In this document: positions 36,501-47,867 of the stretch, one piece after another
Position numbering within the stretch: the first letter of the stretch is position 1
Layout of the letters: each line of letters starts with the position of its first letter
Source: Ranitomeya imitator
Lineage: Eukaryota
NCBI RefSeq assembly: GCF_032444005.1
Contig: NC_091289.1
Span: 13,702,001-13,766,000, forward strand
Length of the DNA: 64,000 nt
Reading direction: 5' to 3'
The notes under the pieces: model-generated
What the model was told of the DNA's origin: nothing
What the model saw: the letters and a program-made list of their open reading frames with translations, nothing else
The model's database searches: none
Translations under genes and position numbers: made by a program

Positions 36501-39500
36501 GCAGTAAGGTCAGGAGAGAGGAAATATAGGAAACCGAAACATTTCCCTCTTTGGAACGGCTGGGTTAAGGATTCCAAAATAAAACCCAGAAAAGACCATT
36601 AATTTGAAATGACAAGAAGGGACTTGAGAGTAGGGTACTGGAGACCTGCTAGAGAGCAAACGCTGCGAACGTACTGAAGGGGGCCTCGGGTGAAACCCTG
36701 GATCTCAACCCAGCAATGTAGACTCTGCTACATCAACAGAACGGCTCAGAAAGGGAGAACCATTTGAAGAGACCATCTCTTGCCCGTCTAAGTAGAAAGA
36801 ACGGAGACTACCAGACGACTCCGCGGACTCCGATCCATCAGGAAGCTAAACTTAAGCGTACAGGGATGAAGATGGTTAACAGGGACTATGGAAAATGTCG
36901 ACAAGATGGGCGATGATAGGCACAATCGGATATGGACAGTCAAGGATTCCATGGAAAACCTGGAGTATTTCAATTTCCATGGAAAGTTGGCCCTAGGAAG
37001 GGGTACACAGGCCCCAGAAAAGACTTGTCTGCCAAGGGGAAGATCCTTACCTATGACGACTTGAGTGACCCTACCCGTCCCAGACCCTCTGGAACGGGGA
37101 GAGGATTGTAGTGTGTGGATCTACTTACCTAAGTATAAGACACCACACAAACGAGGAAAACAGTGAAAAAGATACGAATCCTGCTGAAGGAAGGAACGTA
37201 TTATCACGAAAACCCCATCATTGGATCCAGGCGTGGAGCAGCCTTCTACACTGGACGATGCTTGCACAGAGTAGGATCCAATTCCTATCTGAGGTGGAAG
37301 AACCTGTTCCTGCCACGGTCGGAAATAAAAGTCCGGAGATGATCGAGGTTTAATCCAGTGTCTGTAAGAAAGAAGAGGTAAATACTGACATATAAATAGG
37401 AAGCTCTATATTGAGGTTGTTCAAGGACCTCTAGAATAGTGCAGTGAATATCATAAGTCAAGGTATTAGATGGGCTCTGACTCCGAAAGAGACAGCCAGA
37501 ACATATAACACTGTAATAATATATGATAGGAGTAATGCACTGGATAGTGCAGAAAGACCTAGAGTTAGTGGTAGGCCCGAATAACCATACGGATAGGAAA
37601 AAGCCCTCAGAGTGCAACACGCAACTAAGGCCCAGTGCGTGAAGAAAAAATGCTACCAGTCGGTACCTGACGCCAGCGTGTCCGACCTACCTATGTGGAC
37701 TGGCCACTTATGCTGCAACTGAGGTCCCCCATGGCACTATGATCCACCCTGTGGTACGTGGTAGATCTTCTGTATAGCTGTTATTGACCATGAAACACAC
37801 GGTAAAAATTGCTCCTGACTCACCTGAAAGCGGATTGTAACCGCTGCGGCAGCCAGCCAGAAGTGATGAATACCGAGCACATCTCTCTGGGTGGAGACTA
37901 GAGGCCTAGTCTGGCCTGGGTAGAGCCTAGGCAGATGCTGCAAAGGATCCTTAAGAGCGTGATAGAGGGAGTTTCTGACTCACCTGCCTCTGGGGCAAAA
38001 GATCAGGACCCATGTAGCTATCCATCTCGGGCACATTTAAACCACTGGAAAGACGGCAGGTATTGACTAAATGTGCCTGGAAGATGACCTCGAAAGCTTG
38101 GATAGCGGACAGAGTACTGCTGCAATCATACGGTAGGAATAGGAGAGTGCATCTGACTTACCTGAATACAGTACAGAACGCCAGTACCACTGCAGTGGTC
38201 AATCCAAGACACGTTTGATCCGCTGAAGATACAACAGTGTCAAATACCGTACTGTACCTGGAAGGTGGTGCGTGTGAAAACCTGGATGGCGGATAGAGTA
38301 CTGCAGCGATCGGCTCTCGGTATCCTGTGACTAATCAGCATGGAGAGAACCCTGGAGAAGGGTATAGGAGAGAGTTGATTCTGTGTTGCGGTCTAGGTCA
38401 TGATACCTGACGGCATTAGGCAGAATAACAGCTTCCGTGTAGTAAGCCGCAGCACGGAGTGTGTCTTGAAGTATGTCCTTCCATGCTCGTTCTCCTGAAG
38501 GTAGGACAGTAGGCTTGTCAACAGGGGGACTAAACTCTACTCTCTGTTGTGCACCTGAGTTCAAACCTTTGCGCCTGCGATATGTGGTCAGATTCTTTAT
38601 CCACTGAGCCACAGCAGACATTGCTAGGATATACGGACTCTTAACCAGCTGGAAGTTAGGTCCGAACCCTGCAGCGTGAGGTGGGTAGGAGCAGCTCCTC
38701 TCTTTGCTTAGAGCAGTGTAATGGTTGCATCCGGAGGAGGCTGCAGGGAGATGGAGGGCGAGTGCCTGAGAGCAGGAGATATGGAAACGTTTGATATGCC
38801 AGGGCTCTAGCAACCCTGTGTGTAGAGAAATAGCCAAGGCTCGCACTGCTGAAAATCAAGGCACAGGTCTGCAATAGCAGAAATCACAACAGCAGTGTGA
38901 CAAAAAGGAAAACTCCAAGGAAAGATGTGCAACTGAAACCTGCGAAGAGAACGCCCTATGGCAGGTGTTATAATGGTTTGTCTTCCTGTGGAAGGTGAGG
39001 GGCGGACAGTGGCACAGATGACGGCAGCATAGGGCATACTGCCATACCCCTGCTGGAAACTGCACGGCTCTAGAGCACTTATTACACCTGAGATGGCACG
39101 GCTCTAGAGTACTACTATGCCAGTGACTGTATGGCTCTAAAGTGCTACTACGCCAGTGATTGCGCGGCTTTAGAGTGCTACTACGCCAATGATTGCGCGG
39201 CTCTAGAGTGCTACTACGCCAATGATTAGTGACCGGCTTGCATCAGAAAAAGGGCAAGAACGCTCCCCTATCAGATTAGACTGAGCATACCTATAAAGAA
39301 TGCCAGAAGGCTAGGGGAACAGGAGGGATGCAGAGAGGAGTGCCAAACTGCTGAGAAGTGCTACTCACAGCAAGTGTAGAGTCCTGTGGTCTGCTCCCAG
39401 GCTGTAGCTGCAACAGGCATCAGGTACTAGAGCAGGTCCTGCCGAAGAATCAGCTCCGAATCCCATGCCGAAGATGGCGACCTTCTGGAGATGCAGGGAC

Positions 39501-42081
39501 ACACAGTGTGAGGTAGCAAAGAGCGCGCTCTCCAAGGCCGGAAGAGGGGCGGAGCCAACATGCTGGAAAAGACCCTCGCCTGACTAAGAGGAGACTCAGC
39601 CCAGCGTTCCTGTATTGCGTGCGGGCTGAGCCGGCTGCAAACCCCCCCCCAGGCCCCTGAGAGACTAAGAAGGAGCCAAGCGCAGCAGGAGAGCCGCTCT
39701 CCATGTTGGGAGGAGTGGGCGGGGCTAAACGAGTGGTCCGGGAGGACAAAGATGGCGCCGGTGGGCGGAGCTCGCCGAGCAAGACGGGCGGGAGAAAAGC
39801 CCGCCCGAAGGAAGGAAGAAGGGGGCGGAGTCGCGTCGCCGGACTAGGCCCAAAAAGAAGCCGGGGCCTAAATTAGAAACCGGTGGCCGCAGATCATATA
39901 AAGTGCAGCGCGGATGCCAGCAAAGACTACCGCGCTGGCGTATCAGTTAACCCCCGCCTGGGAAGCGATGCCCCTAGGAAAATGCTTCTCTGGTCAGAGA
40001 CTGAGCCGGACCAGCAAGGTGACTAAGCACCTGGAGCGCAGGCTGGATAGAAGAAGCTGGGGCCTAACAGTCTGCGTAGTCTACCCCCCCCCCCCCCGCA
40101 CAGAGAACCTCAGCACAAGCAGTGGCCCTGTGACCTCAAACATGGAAAGGGGGGCTAAAATACTCACCTCCTTCATCCCACGTCGGCTGATCAGAAGAAC
40201 CCTGGAAAGAGAGGTACCTGATAAACCAGGGAATGAGTCGGACGTCCAGATGAAGACCGATGGTGGACGTACTCGTCTCCTCCAGCCGACAGGCTCTGGT
40301 GGGCGAGCGGGTGGGAGACGGAGCTAGGACCGGTTAGGATCTCCTAAACACGCTTCTGTGTTAGGGCTGGGGTCCTGCTGGCAGACATATGAGGATACGG
40401 GGTGGCAGTACACGCCGTACTCATAGTCCGTATTGTGGGAGTACAGGTGTGACTGCTCACCCTGTATCCCTTCCGGAAAACCTGAAAGGGAACGACGCAC
40501 ATTGAGGTAGATAAGGGTCTAATGAAAGACCCGTGTCCACCTCCTACTGACACTAAGCTAAACTGAATATCCTACTTTCTGTCGGTGGGGTGTACACTGC
40601 AGAGGAGGAGCTAGCTTTTTTTATTTGCATAGTGTCAGCCTCCTAGTGGCAGCAGCATACACCCATGGTTCCTGTGTCCCCCAATGAGGCGATAGAGAAA
40701 ATGAAATATTCATCTCCATAAAGCATTTCAGCCGATGGAAGCATGAAGTGCTCCAAAATCTCCTGATAGCTAGCTGCATTGACCCTGCCCTTGATGAAAC
40801 ACAGTGGACCAACACCAGCAGCTGACATGGCACCCCACACCATCACTGACTGTGGGTACTTGACACTGGACTTCAGGCATTTTGGCATTTCCTTCTCCCC
40901 AGTCTTCCTCCAGACTCTGGCACCTTGATTTCCGAATGACATGCAAAATTTGCTTTCATCAGAAAAAAGTACTTGGGACCACTTAGCAACAGTCCAGTGC
41001 TGCTTCTCTGTAGCTCAAAAGTGGCTTTACCTGGGGAATGCGGCACCTGTAGCCCATTTCCTGCACACGCCTGTGCACGGTGGCTCTGGATGTTTCCACA
41101 CCAGACTCAGTCCACTGCTTCCTCAGGTTCCCCAAGGTCTGGAATCGGTCCTTCTCCACAATCTTCCTCAGGGTCCGGTCTCCTCTTCTCGTTGTACAGC
41201 GTTTTCTGCCACATTGTTTCCTTCCAACAGACTTACCATTGAGGTGCCTTGATACAGCACTCTGGGAACAGCCTATTTGTTGAGAAATTTCTTTCTGGGT
41301 CTTACCCTCTTGCTTGAGGGTGTCAATGATGGCCTTCTTGACATCTGTCAGGTCGCTAGTCTTACCCATGATGGGGGTTTTGAGTAATGAACCAGGCAGG
41401 GAGTTTATAAAAGCCTCAGGTATCTTTTGCATGTGTTTAGAGTTAATTAGTTGATTCAGAAGATTAGGGTAATAGGTCGTTTAGAGAACCTTTTCTTGAT
41501 ATGCTAATTTATTGAGACAGGTTTTTTGGGTTATCAGGAGTTGTATGCCAAAATCATCAGTATTAAAACAATAAAAGACCTGACAAATTTCAGTTGGTGG
41601 ATAATGAATCTATAATATATGAAAGTTTAATTGTAATCATTACATTATGGTAAATAATTAAATTTAACACTATATGCTAATTTTTTGAGAAGGACCTGTA
41701 CACTGGGAATGGTGCAGAGTTAAAGCACAAAAGTTGGAAAACTTTAAATAAAAGTTTCATTAATGTGCAAGCATCCAACACTCATGACATACCCCTCCAC
41801 AGCTATGGCAGGCGATGTGCACTCACCTTTACCAGAGACGCCAGGCTCGCCATCTGCTCATTGAGTGCACTCTCAGACTCCCTGTAGGTGAGGCAGGTAA
41901 ACTGATATTCCTCAGGGTCAAAAGAGTCGGCCCCCTGCTGCTCCACATCGTTCGCAACGCCCACATAGTAATCCTCTATGTCTCCGGGGTCCTCGTCTTC
42001 CTCTTCATCCTCCTCCTCTTCGCAATTAGGGTCGTAGTCTTCATTGCTGTCTGATCCTTGACTGTTCATATCTACAGACAT
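21528..42081 (-). CDS. arih2: E3 ubiquitin ligase ARIH2/TRIAD1 (RBR family), 14 coding exons: 41827-42081, 32285-32352, 29652-29715, 28762-28909, 28556-28677, 26533-26642, 25933-26050, 23950-24000, 23518-23539, 23176-23327, 22927-23070, 22516-22584, 22351-22434, 21528-21599
   Basis: All exons are GT-AG and in phase, totalling 1479 nt (492 aa + TAA). The protein starts [20 protein letters not shown] and contains RING1 ([26 protein letters not shown]), IBR, RING2 ([30 protein letters not shown]) and the Ariadne domain ending [23 protein letters not shown]. Confidence 0.97.
21996..22176 (+). mobile_element. 3' tail fragment of an L2/CR1-type LINE
   Basis: Ends TGTAAAGTGCCATGGAATAAATGGCGCTATAATAATAAATAATAATAAT, a (TAA)n tail. 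Confidence 0.55.
24049..25286 (-). mobile_element. Decayed Tc1 transposon
   Basis: TA|CAGTGGTACGTAAAAGTTTGGGCACCC ... GGGTGCCCAAACTTTTATATGTCACTG. Broken transposase with [15 protein letters not shown] and QMDNDPKH remnants. Confidence 0.88.
25332..25485. mobile_element. Short Harbinger-type MITE
   Basis: TAA|GGCCCCATTCAGACG ... TGTCTGAATGAGGCC. Confidence 0.6.
27016..27969. mobile_element. piggyBac-like non-autonomous element
   Basis: TTAA|CCCCTTAGTGAC ... GTCATTAAGGGG|TTAA. Confidence 0.75.
30133..30919. mobile_element. Harbinger-type MITE (AGGTACC termini)
   Basis: TGA|AGGTACCGTTACAC ... GTGTGAAGGTACCT|TGA, a 3-bp TSD, with internal inverted repeats. Confidence 0.85.
31318..31400. mobile_element. 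Degenerate DIRS terminal-repeat remnant
   Basis: TTACTCACCGTAAAATCCTTGTC..TGGGAGAC..GGGTTATAGCTGCTGC resembles the terminus of the DIRS element at 34770. Confidence 0.4.
32579..32859 (+). mobile_element. tRNA-derived SINE (V-SINE type), full length
   Basis: A box TGGCGCAGTGG (32591), B box GGTTCAAACCC (about 32635), central GTTTGTATGTTCTCTCCGTGTTTGCGTGGGTTTCCTCC..CCGGTTTCCTCCCACA, and an (ATT)n tail. Confidence 0.85.
33526..33858. mobile_element. Harbinger-type MITE
   Basis: TAA|GGCTATGTGCACACG ... CGTGAGCACATAGCC|TCA. Confidence 0.75.
36299..36372 (-). mobile_element. 5'-truncated SINE/LINE tail inside the DIRS element
   Basis: Reverse complement of ATGTGTGCAAAACTGTAAAGCGCTGCGGAATATGTTAGCGCTAT..(ATT)n, which matches the tail at 32790-32859. 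Confidence 0.75.
39061..39226. repeat. 33-bp tandem repeat (about 5 copies) within the DIRS 5' region
   Basis: Unit GCGCGGCTCTAGAGTGCTACTACGCCAATGATT. Confidence 0.8.
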
Positions 42082-44569
42082 TTTACCATCAGGGGTCGGA
42101 GGGGGTCGAAACTAAAGCTACAAAATCCTGTGCATGACCCCCCTCACAGCAGGACGTAGGGCTGGAGTCTGGCACCCATCTGGGGTTGTAGTTGTCTGAA
42201 AAACATAAAAAAGACCAAAAAAAAAAAAGTCAGCAAATTACAGGAGGAGGCCATAAAGGCACTGACTATAGGCAGCAATCTATACATCAAATTACTTTAG
42301 GACTTCCAGAACAGAAAATGACACACACCCATGGCCTCCAGCTGTTGCTGCACACTGGTCATGCTGGGGGTTGTAGTTACGCGACGCCTTTTCTTTTTTT
42401 TTTTTTTTTCTTTCATTTATTGGTTGCAAAAATAAAAACTGTTTATTTTCCCAACATAAAAAGATCAGATGACCGCCACAGGCAAACAGAACCATCAAAT
42501 TCTTGACAGTGTTTTTGCCACTTTAATAAGGGGTAAATACTGTTGGAAATGAAATGAATATCCAGAGCAGCGCTCACAATTCAGCTGGTTGATAATGGAA
42601 ACAGTGAACAGCGGGACTGGTGTAAATGATGTCACTGGCAGCCACAGAATAAGAGAGGGGGTCACAGTATTGTCAATCAGGTGGGGAAGGTACAGGTAAG
42701 CAAGCTTCTCACTTATTGCTTCTCTCTGAGGAGGTACAGGGGGACAACTGCTCAAAAAAAAGCTCCAAAGTTAACGGATCCATGTCATTGAGGGCTGGAA
42801 AACCTTTATAACTGCTTTGCCCCCAATAGGAAGACTGACCAGTGCAATAAACTAGCGCCAAACCCCTTGTGATCTCAGGATTGGTGTGGGGGTCTTCACA
42901 AATCCTAGCAACAAGCTATTACTTTAGAGGATGGATGCATAATCAACGTGATAAACATATGGGGATTGGGCCACAGGGACTCTATGGAGGGCGAGAACAG
43001 GGGTCCTAAAGTAGTTTTCTGTATGAATGAAGGGTTAGTGCACATGCGAGACCACCGCTCCATTCACTTCAATGGACCTGTAGTAGCTGAGCTGTAGTCA
43101 AGAATGTACGAACCCAGCTGCCATAGACCGTGAAAGGACTAGTGGTCTTCCATGCTCCATACACACAGGGGACACTGACACCTATTGGTGGTCCACTGAG
43201 CAATAATTTATCACCTATCCATGTCTATAGACCAACCTCTTTAGGGTACATGTTCACACGTGGCATTTTCTAGCTTTTTTTCTGCAGTTAAATATGCAAG
43301 TTTTTTGTGGGTTTCTTTTCACATTCATTTGAATGGGTGAAAAAAAGCTGAAAAACTGCTGGAAAAAAAAAAAAAAATCCCACAGCTCAAAAAATAAGCG
43401 TGGGCACAAGATTTTTGTAAACTCTCAAGTTTTCTGGTACGGTAAAAACAAGTATGCCTCAACAGGGCACACAAAGTACGCCTGCGCCGGAGCATGAAAA
43501 CGAGAAGATGAAGTCATCATAAAAAGATGGGAGGCCCCGAACCGCGACGGCCATCGGACCGGGACCACCTCTGGGTGAGTATATAAGCCCCTGATGATGG
43601 TGTGCTTAGCTCATCGTCGATTTTGGGGGCAACAGGTTCCCTTTAAGGGTTTTCAAAATCTGAGATGGTGATGACCCGTCCACAATGTGGGTCCAACACT
43701 CGGCACCACCACCGATCAGCAGTCATCCCTTTAATGCACTGGACATCCAAGAAACTACTTTTCCAACTTTCCCCATGATTTCGTCACTACGGAGGCAGCT
43801 CGTCTCTCCCACCATGGAACCATAAAGCAATTTCAACTCTACCCACAGCGTCAATGTGACAGCTGTTATCACACGGGTCTTATAGATATTGTACGTAAAG
43901 CGGTGAATCATGAAGATGAGGGGCTACATTACATTGTTATATAAAAGTCACGCACTATAGAGGGGGTATGCATAGGTCATAAGGATACTACAGAGGGGGT
44001 AAAGTCTGCGTATCCGTGACAGCACCGGCCGCTGCTCTGCAGGTTTTCCCATTATCGTGGTGAGAGCAAAAATCATGGTCCACATCAATGTCTACACGCA
44101 AAGTAGACAAAGAACAAGCAGTAAAGCCCCCAATAAACATTAGATTTCTGGTGGATGAATGAACAGGGAGACTCGGCCGAACACTCGCGTACTCTGTGAT
44201 GACTCTGGCTTATGTCAAACAGTCCGAAATCAGAGATGCCAAATCCTTCTCTCCCAATACCATCTGCTTATAAGACCATCAGCCGACCCCGCAGATATCG
44301 GTCAACGCTAGTCTAGTGTGTATGGGGTCCCAGAATCCTTAGTAAAACTGCTGCTGCTATTTGGTTGCCGGTACACTATGCATGCTAGTGTGTATGTGTT
44401 ATCAATAGGACTCGGCTATTTCTGCCTGCCCCATAAGCGGTGGTCATACGTGTGCACCCCCTCTCCATCCATACAGGAAGCCGCTCCCGGACATTTTGTT
44501 CTTATGGGGTCCCAGCAGTCAGACAATTATGCTAGTCATCTACATAACAATGATTGGGCGTTTTTTCTG

Positions 44570-46930
44570 CACACAGCCACCGACAGCCCCCCCCCACACA
44601 CACACACACACAGCCACCGACAACCCCCCCCACACACACACACAGCCACCGACAACCCCCCACACACACAGCCACCGACAACCCCACACACACAGCCACC
44701 GACAACCCCCCCCCACACACACACACACACGCAGCCACCGACAGCCCCCCCACACACAGCCACCGACAACCCCCCCCCACACACACACAGCCACCGACAA
44801 CTCCCCACACACACGCAGCCACCGACAACCCCCCCACACACACGCAGCCACCGACAGCCCCCCCACACACACGCAGCCACCGACAACCCCCCCCACACAC
44901 ACGCAGCCACCGACAACCCCCCCACACACACAGCCACCGACAACCCCCACACACACACGCAGCCACCGACAACCCCCCCATACACACAGCCACCAACAGC
45001 CCCCCCCACAGCCACCGACAGCCCCCCCACACAGCCACCGACAACCCCCACACACACACGCAGCCACCGACAGCCCCCCCCACACACACACAGCCACCGA
45101 CAACCCCCCCACACACACACACAGCCACCGACAACCCCCCCACACACACACGCAGCCACCGACAACCCCCACACACACAGCCGACAACCCCCCCACACAC
45201 ACAGCCGACAACCCCCACACACACACGCAGTCACCAACAGCCCCCCCACACACACAGCCACCGACAACCCCCCCCACACACACACACAGCCACCGACAAC
45301 CCCCCACACACACAGCCACCGACAACCCCCCACACACACAGCCACCGACAACCCCCCCCCACACACACACACGCAGCCACCGACAGCCCCCCCACACACA
45401 GCCACCGACAACCCCCCCCACACACACACAGCCACCGACAACTCCCCACACACACACAGCCACCGACAACCCCCCCCCCACACACAGCCACCGACAGCCC
45501 CCCCACACACAGCCACCGACAACCCCCCCACACACACACACGCAGCCACCGACAGCCCCCCCACACACACGCAGCCACCGACAACCCCCCCCACACACAC
45601 GCAGCCACCGACAACCCCCCCACACACACGCAGCCACCGACAACCCCCCCACACACACAGCCACCGACAACCCCCACACACACACGCAGCCACCGACAAC
45701 CCCCCCATACACACAGCCACCAACAGCCCCCCCCCACAGCCACCGACAGCCCCCCCCCACACAGCCACCGACAACCCCCACACACACACACGCAGCCACC
45801 GACAGCCCCCCCCCCACACACACACAGCCACCGACAACCCCCCCACACACACACGCAGCCACCGACAACCCCCACACACACAGCCGACAACCCCCCCACA
45901 CACACAGCCGACAACCCCCACACACGCAGTCACCGACAACCCCCCACACACACGCAGCCACCGACAGCCCCCCACACACACAGCCACCGACAACCCCCCA
46001 CACACACGCAGCCACCGACAACCCCCCACACACACACGCAGCCACCGACAACCCCCCACACACAGCCACCGACAACCCCCCACACACAGCCACTGACAAC
46101 CCCCCACACACACGCAGCCACCGACAGCCCCCTCCACACACACACGCAGCCACCGACAACCCCCACACACAGCCACCGACAGCCCCCTCCACACAGCCAC
46201 CGACAACCCCCCCACACACACACGCAACCACCGACAACCCCCACACACACACAGCCACCGACAGCCCCCACACACACACAGCCACCGACAACCCCCCCAC
46301 ACACACACAGCCACCGACAACCCCCACACACACACACAGCCACCGACAACCCCCACACACAGCCACCGACAGCCCCCCACACACACAGCCACCGACAGCC
46401 CCCCACACACACACAGCCACCGACAGCCACACACACACAGCCACCGACAGCCCCCCACACACACACAGCCACCGACAGCCCCCTCCACACACAGCCACTG
46501 ACAGCCCCCTCCATACACAGCCACCGACAGCCCCCCCACACACACACGCAGCCACCGACAGCCCCACACACACACGCAGCCACCGACAGCCCCCCCACAC
46601 ACACACAGCCACCGACAACCCCCCCCACACACAGCCACCGACAGCCCCCCACACACACACAGCCACCGACAGCCCCCCACACACACAGCCACTGACAGCC
46701 CCACACACACACAGCCACCGACAGCCCCCCACACACACACGCAGCCACCGACAGCCCCCCCCACACACGCAGCCACCGACAGCCCCCCCCCACACACAGC
46801 CACCGACAGCCCCCCACACACACACAGCCACCGACAGCCCCCCACACACACAGCCACCGACAGCCCCCCACACACACACAGCCACCGACAGCCCCCCACA
46901 CAGCCACCGACAACCCCCCCCCCCACACAC
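44570..46930. repeat. Variable-length C/A-rich satellite (about 2.36 kb) in the arih2 5' intron
   Basis: Unit CAGCCACCGACA(A/G)C4-9(CA)2-8, repeated many tens of times. Confidence 0.95.
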
Positions 46931-47121
46931 AGGAGCTTTTCAAAGAGAAGAAAACTTCTGGCAGCCGCTTATCTCCCCTGAAAACAAAGGGATCGGGGGC
47001 TGAAATTCAGACTGCTCATCATTCCCTACCCAACATCCTCTATGAGGACCCAGACATCAGATGGTCGCTGCTCCCAAGTTTGGGCAACTGTTATCCAACA
47101 TGAATGGGTGTTACCCTGTAT

Positions 47122-47867
47122 GGCTACGGTCACACTATCAGTATTTGGTCAGTATTTCACATCAGTATTTATAAGCCAAAACAAGAAGTGGAACAATCAA
47201 AGAAAAAGTGTAATAGAAACTTGTCACTCCTGTCCTCACTCCCGCCCTTGAGCCGTGAAGATTTTTCGCTGTATGTTCCAATAAAGGACGTTTGAACTGC
47301 CATAGATTGGCGAGTGCTATTGCGTTTTTTCTACTTGTTTATGGTTTGCATGGACACTTTGTTTCACGCAAGCACCTCCTTTCACCTGACCGGACTACCC
47401 ATTGTCCTGATATTTTCCACATTGAGCAGATAATCTCTGGAGAGTTGAGCTGTGCCGCTCACTTTTTTTCTTCTTTGGTTTAGAAACTTGTCACCAGTTC
47501 TGTATTTATCATACACGCCAGGTTTTGGCTTAGGCTACGTTCACATTTGCGTTGTTGTGTGCTGTGTCGGCGACGCAACGCACGCAAAAACGCATGCAAA
47601 ACGCTGCGTTTTGTGACGCATGCGTTCATTTTTATAGCGCAAAAAAAATGCAACAAGCAGCGTCCTCTGCGCCCTGACGCTTGCGCCCAAAAAACGCATG
47701 CGTCACAAAACGCAACACAATGCATGTCCATGCGCCCCCCATGTTAAATATACGGGCGCGTGACGCATGCGTCGCCGCGGCTGCGCCCGACGCAACGCAA
47801 ATATGAACGTAGCCTTACAAATACTAATGTAAAACACTGATGAAATACTGAACGTGTGAATGTGGCC
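47122..47867. mobile_element. Harbinger-type MITE containing a nested MITE (47533-47814)
   Basis: Outer element GGCTACGGTCACAC ... GTGTGAATGTGGCC|TTA. Inner element TTA|GGCTACGTTCACA ... TGAACGTAGCC|TTA. Confidence 0.7.

Larger units (their letters stand above)
34762..40701 (-). mobile_element. DIRS1-like tyrosine-recombinase retrotransposon, full length, ORFs decayed
   Basis: Inverted terminal repeats (34810-34935 vs 40560-40686) and an ICR at about 35124-35221 that joins the two element ends. Remnants of gag (SPPVDKP), RT (SRFSMESL) and YR ([12 protein letters not shown], compare AHSTR) are visible. There is no TSD. Confidence 0.92.
34186..41698 (-). mobile_element. Young Tc1 transposon split by a DIRS insertion
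   Basis: TA|CAGGTCCTTCTCAAAAAATTAGCATAT ... ATATGCTAATTTTTTGAGAAGGACCTG|TA, TIRs about 200 bp with about 2 mismatches. The transposase runs [12 protein letters not shown]...FSDESKF...DEYFIF up to 40701 and resumes [11 protein letters not shown]...[11 protein letters not shown]...KGFPTKY at 34760. A short internal deletion frameshifts it near 41010. Confidence 0.95.

Noticed and set aside
44318-47003. 590-835 aa His/Thr/Pro- or Gly/Cys/Val-rich ORFs
   Set aside because: Translation of a low-complexity C/A satellite that contains no stop codons.
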